Shown here one piece after another: positions 12,331 to 26,251 of a stretch of DNA of 64,000 bases. Below the pieces are notes generated by a model. The model did not search any database and had not been told where the DNA came from. It was given only the letters and a program-made list of their open reading frames with translations. Every line of letters begins with the position of its first letter. The first letter of the stretch is position 1. The position numbers were made by a program, and so were the translations under genes. Source of the DNA: Paramecium tetraurelia (lineage: Eukaryota); the NCBI GenBank assembly GCA_000165425.1, contig CT868474.1, positions 310,001 through 374,000 on the forward strand, given 5' to 3'.

Positions 12331-15300
12331 ATGATTATACTTATATTAATTTAAGTAGTCAACTCATAAGTTTGTAATTGTGGTTAACTTAAATCTCAGT
12401 CAGATTGCAAGTTAAATACGATTTGCTAATGGAATAACAATAGTTGCAATGAAAAATAAAATTAAACAATCGGTACATACTGTAAGTAATTTGATCAATC
12501 AAAATGTACAACAATAACAGGATGCATGTATTACGATAGTTAATGTTAATAATTTACAGGATGCACTTCATTTGAATACAATACAGATGAATTATGCAAA
12601 AGTGTTTCATCATCTTGTATTAGTAACGGAGAAGTATGTATAGACTTGGGAGAATGCATATCCTATGTTCAAAAGAGCACTTGCAAATTAGATTTAAGAA
12701 ATTAATTATGTTATTGGGATGGGTAAGCATGCTCATTAGCTGATGCTTGTTCAAAATTACCTTATACTACCGATGAGGCTTGTAGGAAAGCGAAATCAAC
12801 ATGTACTGTAAACTTTGCAGAGAAAGCTTGTATGGACGGAGGTAATTGTAAGGATATGCAAAAACAATCACAGTGCTTTTGGAATAAATCATAAACAATC
12901 AAGTGCAAGTGGATATCAGGGAAATGTTAAGATTATATATGTATGAATGCTCCTACTACAATGACAACAGATGCAGAATGTGAAGCATATTTATCGGGAT
13001 GTACAACTCAAGCAGGAGGAGGTTGTACATTTAGAACCACATGTGTCAAAGCATCAAATCAAAATGCATGTGTAAGTGATTCAAATGGAGCCAAGTGCAC
13101 TTGGATGGATACATATTGTAGTGATAGATATTGCTCTTAGGGATCAAAGTCATTTACAACTAATTCTCAATGCGATTCCTTTTTGAAAGGATGTATAGCT
13201 AAACCTTAAGGAGGATGTGTGTAAAATAAAGAATGCGATGCAGCTTTATCATAAGAAACCTGTTAATAAGATATTCACGGAAATCAATGTGTTTGGAATA
13301 AATCTATTTGTTAATTGAAAATATGCAAGAATGCTCCAATTATTGAAAACATAGACCATAATTATTGTGAATAATTTTTGAGTTCTTGTACTATGGTGGC
13401 CGGTTAATGTGCCACCAAAACCTGTGAAAATGCAAGTCTTTCTATCACTAATTGTAGATAATTTCTAAGTGGATGTGTTTCTAAACTGAATGGAGGATGT
13501 CAACGAGTAACAACATGCGCTTAAATCATAAATTAGGATGATTGTTTGAAGGATTCTAAAAATTAATTATGTTTTTGGTTTAATGACAAATGTATAGATC
13601 AACAATGCAATGTCATTTAAAAACAAGTCAATCAAGAATGCAGCTCTATTCTATAAAATTGTATAGATGATAAGACTGGAAATTGTTTAGATTATTAATG
13701 TTAAAATATTTGGAATCAAGGTTAATGTACTGTTGACTTTTACCAATCATAATGCACATGGAAGCCTGTCTGTTATCTAAAAACTTGTTATAATGCTCCA
13801 AAAACATTAAATACTCATCAGTTTTGTAATAATTATTTGTCAAGTTGCACAGTAAATAAGGATAAAAAAGGATGTATGGAAATTACTAATAATTGTGAGG
13901 CCTATAAAATTCAGGAATCCTGTGTTAAGAAATTAGATAACTCTTAATGTGAATGGTCTAATGAAAAGTGTTTATCCAAATCTTGTGAGACTGCTGATAA
14001 AATCAAATACGTGAGTATGGAATTATGCAATGAGTATTTATCTGGATGTGTTGTGTCGCCAAGTTTCAAAGGGTGCATGACATTGCCTCAAAAATGTCCA
14101 CCTAGATTAATTGATGTTGTCTGTCTCTTTGATGATTCCTGTTATTGGTATTAAGATGAATGTATTGAAAAATCCAAGACTTGTGATAACACTCCTAAGC
14201 CATTTTGCAATTTGGGATGTGTTTGGGCAAATGAAAAATGTGTGTAAAATCTATGTAATGTTATACCCAATCAATCTCATCAAATGTGCAATGCTATAAA
14301 TAATTCTTGCACAGTCAATGAAAAAAGATCTGGCTGCATAACTTTACTGCAAAAATGTTCAGATTATAAAACAAATTATTAATGTTAAAAGAGTAAAACA
14401 TAAAAATGCTTTTGGAATGGTACTGAATGTTTAGAATTTTAATGTACAGATATTCCTGATGATACAACTAAATTTGACACATTTGAAAAATGCCAAGAGG
14501 AATCTTCTACTTGCACAGTTATTCCTGTTTTGAATTAAACTGGATGTTTGAGTAGATTATCAAAATGTGAGTTATATACATTAAATTAATGCACATACAC
14601 ACTTGGAGGTAAAGAATGTATTTGGTTGGATGGCTTATGTTAACAATTAGATAAATTAAACTGCTCAAGTATTGTAGACTATTCTAATTGCGATGCCATA
14701 TTGTTTCAATGCAAATAATCAGGAGAAATTTGTGTGAATAAACTATGTAGTGAGATTTTAGTTGAAGATTTTTCATTAACTTTTTCGAAATGCCAAAGCT
14801 ATAGTTAAACTTGTTCAATTCATGCTAGCTTAAATAGTTGTATAGATATATAAAATGATTGTAATCAATATTTAATAGAAGAACATTGTATTCAGAGTAA
14901 AACAAGTCTATGTCACTATTTCAATAATAAATGTGTCAATCGTAATTCAATTTACGGGTGTTCTACTGTAAAATTAGAAACCTATACAGATCTTAAATGC
15001 AAATAGTTTAAACAATTTTGTAAACTTAATTCTACATCTAATGGATGTGCAGATACTGGATGCATACTCTATTTTGGATTGACATCCTTGGCTGATTGTG
15101 AAGGTGTTGATAATACATGCACTGTGAATTCAGCCAGGACTGGATGTACTACTAAAGTCCAAATGTGCTCATCTTTAGATTAAGATAATTGTATAAAAGC
15201 ATAAGAAGGATTTTGTGCTTGGGTTTCAACAAAATGTTAATTATTTAAGGATAATGATTGCTCATAAATAACATTATTCTAATATTCTCATTAACTTTGT

Positions 15301-18300
15301 AATTAAGTTAGCGCTAAATGTTCTGCAAATGCTTAAGTGACTTAATGTATTACAATGACTGATGATTGTAGTTTAAATTTATAATCTAATTGCTTTTAGT
15401 CAAAAAACTCTTTTTGTTTTTATAATGGAACCACCTGTGCTAATATAAGCACTATTACAAGTTGTTCAGACATTAAAGTTACTTCTAAAGTCATATGTGA
15501 TAGATATGATGGATCCTAAAACCCTCTAGCTATATGTACTTTTGTTGCTGGAAATTCCAATTGTATTCCAAGAACATGCTAAAATTATCCTGATAATAAA
15601 TTCTCACATTAAAATTGTTCAACTTGGTTGGCTACTTGCACATAAAACATTGCAAAAACAAGTTGTATCACAATGGAACAAACTTGTGATTTGTACATAG
15701 AAGGTACTTGTTACAAAAGTTAAGATTCATATTGTTAGTTTAATAGTACTTGTTTAAATGTGCCAAGTACATGTAATCAAATAGCAGCTGACGAAAGATG
15801 CACTTAGAATTCTCTTTGCATGATAAATAATACTCCAAAATGCGTTGATAAAACATGTGAAAATTATTAGAATAGTGCTGGCTATAATCATAATGTTTGT
15901 TCTTCATTTTTAGCAACATGCACAGTTTTGAAGGATTTGACTTAATGTATGACTTTACTTGATGATTGTACAAAAAATTTAATTTAAAATTAATGTACAA
16001 AATCACTTTCAGGAGATTGCATTTGGCTTTAAAATAAATGTGTAGCTGCAACTTGTGACACTGTTACTGATTGTGAATCTTATAATTGTATAGTTAAAAA
16101 ATAGGCAGGTTGTACAAACTTATTCGAAAATTGCTCATTATATCCAACACATATATAATGTAAGAAATCAATTAATAAGATTTGTTATTGGAATGGTAGT
16201 ATATGTGTAGATTTGACATGTGAGAACTTAAAAGGAGTGGGTTTTAATAGTTTTAGTGATTGTAATACTATTTTAGACAGTTGCACAATAGATGGATCTA
16301 AGGTACAATAATGTATGACAAAGAAAGAATGTTCATAATATTAATATGAGATTGAATGTAGTAAAGATGTTTTGAATAAAGAATGTTTTTGGAAGAATAA
16401 TGCTTGTTATTTAAAATCATGCAATGTATTAGTGTTAAGTTAATACAGCCATGTTACTTGTATGGATTAAATAATTAATAATAAATAACATACATGTACT
16501 ATTAATGACAATGGAGCTGGTTGCATTGAATTAAAGTAGTGTTCTTCATATAAGTCAGAAAATAATTGCATAATAGATATAGCAGGATAAATGTGTGGAT
16601 GGAAAAATGAGATTTGCAATATTAAATCGTGTTAAACAGCACCAATAAATGTAAATACTCATGAAGATTGCTATAAGTATCTAAATGGATGTACAATTAA
16701 TGCTACAAATGATGGATGCATAAAGATCCCTGATTAATGCTCTTTAATGAATGAATCTTAATGTAAGACTGACAATTGCACTTGGTAAGATTCAAAATGT
16801 TAAGACAAGACTTGTTCTAATGCTCCATAAGACTTAATTTCTGAATCATAATGTAATGCATACCTGAAAAATTGCGGATTTGTTAATAATTAGAAATGTT
16901 TCTAATTTTAATGTGAGGATGTAGAATTAAAAAGCCATCAGGAATGTTATGATAATTACAAATGTACTAGCAATGGATTTAGATGCACTGCAATACAAGA
17001 ATAATGTTATTATTACACTACTTCAATTAGTTGTGTAATTGATGTAACAAAAAGTCCATGTACATGGGTTGAAAAATCACTTGAATGTTAAATCAGAAGA
17101 TGTGATAATGCTCCTTAAAGTTTGATTACTAATGACTCCTGTAATATTTACTATCCTAATTGCACAACAAAGGCAGGAGGAGGATGCTAGGAATTACAAG
17201 AGTTGTGTACATCATATACAGTCTAAGAGGGTTGTTTGAAAACCCTTAATAAAACTCAATGTGTTTGGGATTCCAATTAATGTAGAGACAAATCATGTGT
17301 AGATTTATTTGGTTCCACTCATGCTTAATGTAATGGTTAGGACTCCAATTGCACTATAGGTTTATAAGGCAAATGTGCAATTTAAAACAATTGTTCTACA
17401 AAAGTAAATTAAGAAACTTGTATAGTTGGCGCTGATGGTCCTTGCTTATGGATCATTAAAAATAACATAGGCCAATGTTATTAATATAGTGATTGCTCAT
17501 CATTAAAATGGAAAACTGACCAAGATTGCAAATTGATATCGCCTTTATGCACAACAAATGGTGAAAATTGTATTGCTGTTCAAAAGTGTTCATTAAATAA
17601 AATTTCTGGATGTTATACTGGAATTGATGGCCCTTGTATCCTCACTATAGATAGTAACAATATTAAGTCTTGTTAATTGTTTAAAAATTGCACCCAAGCG
17701 AAATTTACAATTCATGAAGATTGTTAACTAGCTAATATAAATTGTACCACAAATACTATTGACTCTTGTATCGCTCTGAATGATAACTGTTCATCGTACA
17801 AACTGGCTGGATAATGTAAATAAAATAACAAAGGAATATAATATACCGAAGATAATAATATTAATTCAACAGGAATTTGTGTATGGGAATCTGGTTTATG
17901 TAGAGATCAATCTTGTTAAGATTTGAAAGCCAATAACCATGATGAATGTTCCAAATAATTAATCTCATGTACTTATAATTCTATTGGATGCATCTCTATT
18001 GCAAAATGTTCTTAATATCAAGATCAAAATACTTGTTTATCTGCTGTTGCATCTGATGGAATATGTATCTGGGATAAAAGCATTTGTAGAATTAAACTAT
18101 GTATAGATATTTTTGAACCAAAATCATAAATTGATTGTCAATCAAATATGAATTCCTGCATTTATGATGAAGCTAATAAAATATGTGTTCCAAAATCAAA
18201 TTGTTCATCATATAAATCTGAATCATTATGTAACTAAGGTAGCATTACTGGATCATGTGTATGGTAGTCCACTAATTGCATAGATTTTACTTTATGTAAT

Positions 18301-18726
18301 ATGGCAAATTCATCAGAAACTGTATGCAATTCAAATTCTTTTTGTAATTGGGTCACCAAAGTATCAAATCAGCAAAATTCAACTAATACAACAACACAAT
18401 AATGTGAAAGTTATACTTGTGCGACATGGTACAATACTAAAAAGAAATGTGAACCATTTCTATCATTTGATAAATCGACATATAATTATTGTAGCATGAA
18501 TAATAATACTTGTGTTTCAATAAGTGTGTCATAATTCGATTAAACAAATTGCTATTTATTCAGTAAATATACATACACTTGGGATTAAACACTTTAAAAT
18601 TGTGTGATTTGTCAAAAAGCAATTAATAATACTAATAACAATACAAATAACACAAATTAAACTATTGACTAAAAGGCCTTCATTTTTAAGTTTTACATAT
18701 TAATAATTTTGATTATTTTTTATTGA
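12331..18726 (+). CDS. Large cysteine-periodic surface protein (Paramecium surface antigen repeat family), probable GPI anchor
   Basis: The apparently intronless 6396-nt code-6 frame starts with a short hydrophobic N-terminus (MIILILIQVVNSQVCNC). It contains many 8-Cys periods with CxW motifs, e.g. CMNAPTTMTTDAECEAYLSGCTTQAGGGC. It closes with an N/T-rich spacer and hydrophobic C-terminus KAFIFKFYILIILIIFY-TGA. Confidence 0.9.
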
Positions 18727-18789
18727 TATAAATTTTATCATAATTGTTTATTAAACTTAAATATAATTCTATAACATAATAAAAAGAAA

Positions 18790-20957
18790 ATGTTGGATCA
18801 TACTCATTAAATTTCAATACCATCTTAAGAAAATCCAAATAGGAACTATATATCTACACAGATAATTTCTTAAGATGGAGAAACAGTCGTTTATGAAGGG
18901 AAACTAATAGAAAATGAAAAAGAAATAAATGTAGTTATAAGGTGTTAGTGTAACAATAAAGACTCTGAACTAGAATTTATTGATTGGCTAATCTCTTAAT
19001 AAAAACAGAATTAAGCAAGAGAGATAATAAAAATTTATGAAAAAATTGAAAATAATCATAAAACATATTTAATCACTGAATTCAGCAGCCTTAAATTATC
19101 AAACTATTTAAAAGAGAATAAATAATTGAGTCGACTTTAAAAAATCGGTATTTGTAATTAAGTATTTAATTTTTGTTTTTAATATAGACTTTGGATGTTA
19201 TTTTATTCTTGCATCATAATTAGTATTTTAATGGAAATATCTTATCTGAAAATTTTGTACAAGTTGGAAATATCTTTAAATTAGCAAACTTTGGATTCAG
19301 GAAATTCTATTAAAAGACTGATGAAAATTAAAAAATAATTGATATACAATCTTTGGGATGTTTATTTTATGAAATTTTCAAAGGAGAAAAATTGTTTTAA
19401 GGTAAATGGTTTAGTTATTTAAGGGTAAATAGAATTAGAAAGCTAAAAATATAATGACTTTAATTTTAAAGGTATTGAATTTATTCCAAAAGTCAATGAT
19501 ATCTCATGGCAATAGATGTCAAATTTAATTTTAGAGATGATATAAAAAAAAATACAAGATATCTAAAAAATACAAGATGGCTTGAATAATTTAAGAGAAA
19601 AATAATTATAACCTCCTTTGCCTTAATTTTATAACTATCAATAGCAAGTAAATTCAATTTTTGATGCTCCAACAGGGTAGTTTCCAAAACGTTATTTTGT
19701 TTTAAGTAAACTTATAGGAGATGGAGGAGAAGGAGCTGTTTATTAAGCAAAAGCAGTAAATGAAACATTTTACTCAACAGAAGTTGCATTGAAAATTTAA
19801 TAAAAAATGAAAGATCAAGAACTCTAATTTATTGATTATTTGATTGATTACTAGAAAAATAAGGAATAAACTGCATTTCAAAAAAGCAATTTGATTAGAG
19901 TCTATGAAAGGTTTGAATATTAAAAGTAATAAGTATTGATTATGGAACTTGGAATTAAAGATATGAATTCTGTTTTAAAAACAAACAGAATACCATAATA
20001 ATAAAAAGAATAAATTTGTTAATAAGTAATTCATATATATTAAATATTAGATTGCTTAATCAATTGCATTTCTTCATAAATTAGGACTTATTCATAGAGA
20101 TATTAAACCTGAAAACTTTATATAAGTCGGTTCCATATACAAATTAATTGATTTTGGTTTAGTAAAACATGGGGAATAAAATTTAAGAAAGACAAAAATG
20201 GTAGGATCCCCACAGTATTAAGCACCAGAGATAATCAATGGATCAGATGATTATACAGCTTCTGTTGACATTTGGTCTTTAGGATGTCTATTCTTTGAGA
20301 TATTCAAATAATCTCCTTTATTTAATGGTATTCATTTCTATTCTATATCAAGGTTCATCTATAAGGGAAATATAATAATCAATTTTTAATTATTGCCAAA
20401 ACTAACAATAAGTACGATTTGAAATTCAATAATTACAAATCAGAGAAGAATTAAAAAATTTACTTTCATAAATGATTGATCCAATACCTCACAAAAGACC
20501 TAATATAGATTCAGTTTAAAAATAATTATAACTCAAATTCCCATAGTCAATAAATTTGGTTTAGAGTGCTGGTAACAACTAAGCAGGAGAACAAAGAACC
20601 AAGCCTATATTTTAAACAACTACTGAAGTCAGGATTAATGACAACAAAAATAACGAAAAACAACAAAAATATAATGAAAACATTTCTAAATTAGACTAAA
20701 TAGTTAAAGATATTTATGAACAATATTTTGATAATTCTAATTGGGATTGTTAAAAAAAAATAGCAGAAACTCAATAGAATTTCAGAGACCACTTAAACAA
20801 TTAAATTATTCAATTAGGATAAAAATCCCTTCCTAATAGTTTAGGATAGTCTGTTGGATAGGTATAAAACTAAATTTTTAATAATTAATTCCACCCAAGC
20901 ACATATTCTCCTTAGCAATAAACAAATATTATTAACAATTTTCATCCTGCATAATGA
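18790..20957 (+). CDS. Pseudokinase - kinase protein with Q/N-rich C-terminal tail
   Basis: ATG at 18790. The first domain is degenerate (FNGNILSEN, KLANFG, DIQSLGCLFYE). The second domain is identical to domain 3 of the 8452-11073 gene. A tail of about 130 codons ends ...NFHPAQ-TGA at 20957, and four short introns are present. Confidence 0.8.
19631..20566. repeat. Right arm of 936-bp inverted repeat (partner 8471-9406)
   Basis: It begins ATAACTATCAATAGC and ends TTTGGTTTAGAG. Identity with the left arm stops abruptly at both ends. Confidence 0.95.
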
Positions 20958-21550
20958 TGAGTATTTACATAGATTATGTTATTAATGTACAAGAATATAT
21001 ATGAATATTTAAAAATGTCTTAGCTTTCATATATACTTTAATAAATTCTAGGGGTTTAAGTAAATTTAAATTCTTTGTTTATTTTCAAGTGTATTCTTCA
21101 AAACCTGTGTAAAGCATTAATTATATTAGATGATTAATAAATTACGTCATTTTTATAATGACAGATGGATATTATATATTAATAGTTCTTTTGAGAGTGA
21201 TATATTTTTAATGTTTCTTGAATTATAAAAGCTAATAATGAAGAATTAAGCATAATTTTAAAGGGAATGAGGTTAAAGACCTATCGATATATTAATCCTA
21301 ACAATGATAAGATGCATATATGAATTTAAAAAAATATATATATGGCTATCAAAATCTAAGTCAGAGAGTACCAATCTTTTTAATTATTAAAGTTTAGTTG
21401 CAATTCATTATAATAAAATAAGATTGAACTTTTCAAATTTTTAATAATAATTAATTTTAAATTTAATATTGACTTATTTAAGAACTGTAGTTAATGAATG
21501 CTATGTTTGCAAATGCTAATTTATTTGTAATCTATCTCCTTTTGGCTATT

Positions 21551-22382
21551 TCAATTCTGTAAACTTGAAATATATTTCTTTAATATATGACCGATCATTT
21601 AAATTCCATTACTATTCATATACTAACCAAATCCTAAAATTTATCCTTTTGTAAAAGTTCCTGTATAAAGAGAATCATCATTCTATTAAAAGGTTCCTTT
21701 CCCATTAAAGATGCTATTTTTGAATTAACCCTCATATCAAGAAAATATATATTATCATACTTGGAGCCATCACTCAAAATTAGAATACCTCTGCCCTCTT
21801 TATTGCCATATTAAAATTAACCAAAATATTTGCTTCCATAACTTTTAATTTCCTGACCTTCAATCTATATTGTATTATCAAATCGATGGTCCTATTAATT
21901 TTTTTCATTATTAAACCTCTCACTAATTTTTTTTAAGATTTAAAGATTCCGAATCAATTTGTTTTTCCTTATTAAATTGCATTCAAAACTGAATTAAATA
22001 TAAATATTTATTACTTCTCTCCTTTGGCATAATTCATTCTACAATAACCCTCTAATTGATCATTTTCCTATTAGCTAAAATCATATAATATTCTTTATCC
22101 TTCTAATAAATTTCTTATTTTTATTAATTTTCCATTATTCCATAATAAATGCTATAATCATTTAGTTTATCAACTAATAATTTGTTTTTTGAATTAAACT
22201 GTCTAACTTTTATTTTTTAAATGTTTAGGTAGCTTACTGATAACTTCTAAGAGTCTTGAATCTAAAGCAGCGCTATATAATTTAGAATTGTCATCATCAG
22301 CTGATATTGTTTTTTTATCGAGTTCTTTCGCTTAATTACAAATGACTTATCTTTGATATTAATTCTTTTTATAAGTGCTCAT
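21551..22382 (-). pseudogene. MORN-repeat protein, probably decaying
   Basis: MORN-like units: DGSK.YEGQFKNSIFNGKGTFQQNDDSLYTGTFTKGQILGFGQY. One putative intron lacks a canonical AG acceptor and the upstream repeats are degenerate. Confidence 0.55.
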
Positions 22383-22822
22383 TACTGTGAAACTTAAACA
22401 TCGAATTTTTTGAGAATAACTTCCAAGATTAATTAGAATTAATTAAAAGATAAGGAAATGAGATATCTTGATATTAATTAATAAGGCATTTATTTTGAAA
22501 TTTTATATTTCTTTTTTAGATGTTAAACACACTATGGAAAAAAAGAAGAAGCTTACTTTTATCTATAATCTCGTTTTATAACTTAAAATATTAATCGTTC
22601 TTGAAGGTAAATTGAAACCATTTATTTTCACTAAAAAGGAAAGAGAATTGTGAATAATTCATTAATTTTGTTTGAATTAATTATGATTTTATTTAAAAGA
22701 GCAATCTTATTTAGAAAATAAGAAAGAAAATCATAAGTATAAGGTTGCAAAACACAAAATCAATTGGAATAAGGAATTAAAATAAATTTGTTTATACTAT
22801 TATTATTATTAATGCGAACAGA

Positions 22823-23950
22823 TCACTTTCTTCCAAGGGAAGTTTATGAGGCCAATGATCTGACTTAATCTTTGAAGAGTTGAATAACAACATCGATGAT
22901 AGCGTTTTCCTCTACAAATTAATTAGATTGATACCTTATCTTCTAACAGTTTCTGATGCATAGAATTCTCTCTTCTCTTCTAAATCAGCAGTGGCTCCGG
23001 CAACTGCATTTAATGAATCTTTCCACAATTTGAGGGCTTTGGCTTATTGAGCAAGGATAGCAGGGAGTTACTTGAAAAATAGATGTTACTGATACAGTTT
23101 CTAATTTTTCAACAAGGGAAGTTCTTCTTTCATGTTCTGAATTCAACCAGTCAACTTCAGCATTTGTATCTGAGACATATTTAGCTAAAGCGAAAGCAGC
23201 ATGGATTTCTTATTCTTAAAGTGTTGCAAGGGTAGATTCTAATTCGCTTTATAAATCTTATAAGATTGCGAGAACTTATTCTCCTGTAGTTCCTTCTCTT
23301 TTCACTTCTGCAAGGGATTGGAATTTTTGAAGGGCATCCTATTAGAAAAGATGACTGTATGCAGATAATTTATCAGCAATTGTTTAAGCTTTTTCAACAA
23401 GTTCGACTCCAGCATTATTAGTTAGAAAACCTGCAACATCTTATTCCAAGAGTTACACAACACCTATGGCGTCAGCATGATCAGCAAGTGATTTAACAAA
23501 AAGTCCATTAGCCCAACATCTTTAATCTTGGAGTTGAGCATTTCTTCTTTCGATTTCAGCAAGTCTTGATTCAGCCCAAGCTAGCCATGAATATCCATCC
23601 TAAGAATATATCTGGAATATACTCTGATTTAGGCTTCAACATCTGTTCTGACAGCTCCTAAAGCTTCCCATTATTATTTGTTTAGTGAAGCGACATTTGT
23701 CAAGTCACCAATAACTTAAGAGAAGATTTCTAAAAGGATATAGGAAGATGAAGGTACCTTCGTCAGTGTTATTCTTTTTATCAGCAGCAGCTTGAACATT
23801 AACATTTTCTGTTTTAAGATCTCGCAAAAGGTTATATACTGATTCGACAGCATCATTTCCTCTTGTTCCTGCCTAAAGAAGGACAGCAAATTTGTTTGTA
23901 TCTAAGGCAAATACGGCAGCCACTAAGCAAATTATGGTAAGAGCTCTCAT
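22823..23950 (-). CDS. Trichocyst matrix protein precursor (TMP/GRL family)
   Basis: Signal peptide MRALTIICLVAAVFA is followed by acidic helical heptad domains and a central basic processing region (..SLAEVKREGTTGEQVL..). It has three short introns and a biased codon usage typical of highly expressed genes, with TGA at 22823. Confidence 0.85.
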
Positions 23951-24112
23951 AATTTTAATTTTTAATATTTTAAAAAACGGGCACATTATTCATGCTTTTA
24001 ATAATTAATCATTTTATATTCTTAAATCGTCAACTTATTTACAAATTTCTTAATATTCTTAAAAGAAGTCCTATTTTTTTAGTCCATTAATTCATTTATT
24101 CTAATTAAGATT

Positions 24113-24457
24113 TCAATTCCGTTGTTGGCAGACTGTTTAAACTTCTATCTATCTTTTTATTTGCGATAGTTCATCTAATACACAAAGATTGACTCTTGGT
24201 TTATTTGTTTTGTTCTCAGATTTGCTCTTCAGTAATTCTAAATTCTCTTTTTTCTATTTCACAATAAGTTTAGCATATTCAACCCTGTCCAATAATTCAC
24301 AATATTTTTCATAATTCTATTTTATAAATTATCTCAGATCAAATATATTATTTTAGAACAATTATTAACTATTGCAGTAAGCAAATCTTTCTAATGTTTC
24401 TTTTTTTTGTTTGATAGCGTTTCCACTCTTTGCTGATTATGGTTGCTATTTAAGCAT
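24113..24457 (-). CDS. Hypothetical 114-aa basic coiled-coil protein
   Basis: Open code-6 frame MLKQQPQSAKSGNAIKQKK...VCQQRN-TGA, 345 nt, no intron needed. Confidence 0.55.
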
Positions 24458-24480
24458 TATCGTTAATTATTAATTTATAT

Positions 24481-26192
24481 ATGAAATAAAATAATTACAA
24501 AACTTCATAAATTGATCTTTCTAGTATTGGTGAAGAATCAAATACTCAATCAGATGTAGAATTAGAATAAATAGACATGGCTAAAATGAATTGTTATGAA
24601 TATTATACTGCTATGGATCCTTTATCAACTCAAGTCTTCTAAATTGATGGTGAACATCATATTAAAGAATTGTTTAATCGCTTGATTAAGAAGGTAATAG
24701 TTAAAGCATAAGAAAATGAAATCTTAAGAAAGTTACCTACTGTGTCTGCTTCCAATTCATTAAATCTTTTAGTTATGCCTTTGGTGCAAGCATTCTGTAA
24801 ACCTGAAAATCCAAATAAAGATATTCAAAGTGGTGGATTAGGAGAGGACTTCGAACCTGTACGCAATTTATTTAATTTAAGTTACACATTTAACAAGAAT
24901 AATGGCTGACATCTAAAATTAATATGGAAATCAAGCCAGAAATTAGGCCTAATACTTGTTAGACTTCAAGTCCAATGACTTTTGCTAGATCAAAGGTTTT
25001 TGTAATTTAATTATTATTCATTTTAGGATTAAACTTAACCAATCAAAGAAAAGAAATAGCTTGATCCTATGCCTATAGACTTAGTAGATCCATTAGATAT
25101 TAGTATTACAGAGGAGCAATTGAGAAATGAAAAGGAACGATAAACAAAGGAGAAATTAGAATTGAATGAAGCTGAAAAAAGAAGGAAACTAAAAGAAGAA
25201 AAAGAAGAATAATTAAAATACGAATTGATGGCAAAAGATAAGAAATCAAAGCAATATACTTATGATTATGATGGTAAACTGATATCTGTTAACTTGGCTA
25301 AAGGTACTAAATTGCCACCTCCAGCATCGACCTTGGGGTATAGTTGATTATTTTTTAAGATCTAAATTTGATGAGGATCAAACTGCAAAAGTAAATCCAA
25401 AAAAGAAATACAATAAAGTTCCCTGGAATAATAAGAAAACCGATGATGAAAAGGATAAAGAGAAAGATACATTCAAGTTCAATCAAATAGCTCCTTTAGT
25501 TGTAGAGAATATGAATTTATAACCAGGAATTGTAGTCATTCATGAGGGGAGAATCAAAGAGGGCACCAGACCAAATACTGTCGATTTACAGAAAATGAAT
25601 AATCCAAATCTGAGAATGGCAAGGAATGAATATCTTAGTCTTACTTAACAAATGAATTCATCTATTAACCATAATGTTTAAATTAAAGCAGAAGACAAGC
25701 CAATAAAAGAAATTGATAAAGGAAAAGGATTCAATTATGATAGACTAAAGAGACTTAGCCAGTAATCAAACAATCAATTAGGAGTTATTAAGTAATATTA
25801 GTTAATAAGTGCATAGAATTAATTCTACTAAGATATTTGAACAATTGGCATAAGCTTTTTTTGAGGAGCCTGAAGAATTACCAAAAATCATTAATTAATA
25901 GACATCAAAGAGTTCTTAAGAAAACACATTAAAAGGAGTGAAAAGCCCCATAGATTAATTTAACTTATCTTTATATAAAAATAATGTTGTGGGCAAAGAT
26001 TAATAAAATGAAATTGGAATAAATTATGAGAAATTAAAAACACTAAAAGCCAATTCACGGTATTACAATAATCATTTTAGAGAATTGAAATCCTCAATAG
26101 GATCAAGATCCAATAGACCAAGAGAAAGAAAAATGTTATCAGAACAAAGCACCCTACCTACTGTGAGGAGCTAAAAAAACTTTAAATTATGA
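24481..26192 (+). CDS. Hypothetical protein
   Basis: ATG at 24481, four short introns and motifs KQYTYDYDGKLI and MNLQPGIVVIHEGRIKEG. It ends ...KNFKL-TGA. Confidence 0.65.
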
Positions 26193-26251
26193 TCACTTTT
26201 GTTGTATATAATTTATTGACAAGGAGTGTGATTAATTATTTTATTAATATT

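Noticed and set aside
13646..16051. Minus-strand ORFs in the supplied track (13646-13843, 15740-16051) and similar ones opposite calcineurin and PepM
   Set aside because: These are antisense shadows of real plus-strand genes under the wrong genetic code.
19547..19578. Direct repeat AAAAAATACAAGAT near the right inverted-repeat arm
   Set aside because: It is a short A-rich coding duplication about 50 nt from the arm boundary with no counterpart at the left arm.
8471..20566. Inverted repeat as terminal inverted repeats of a transposon
   Set aside because: The arms are intron-containing kinase coding sequence. I saw no transposase or recombinase ORF and no target-site duplication.
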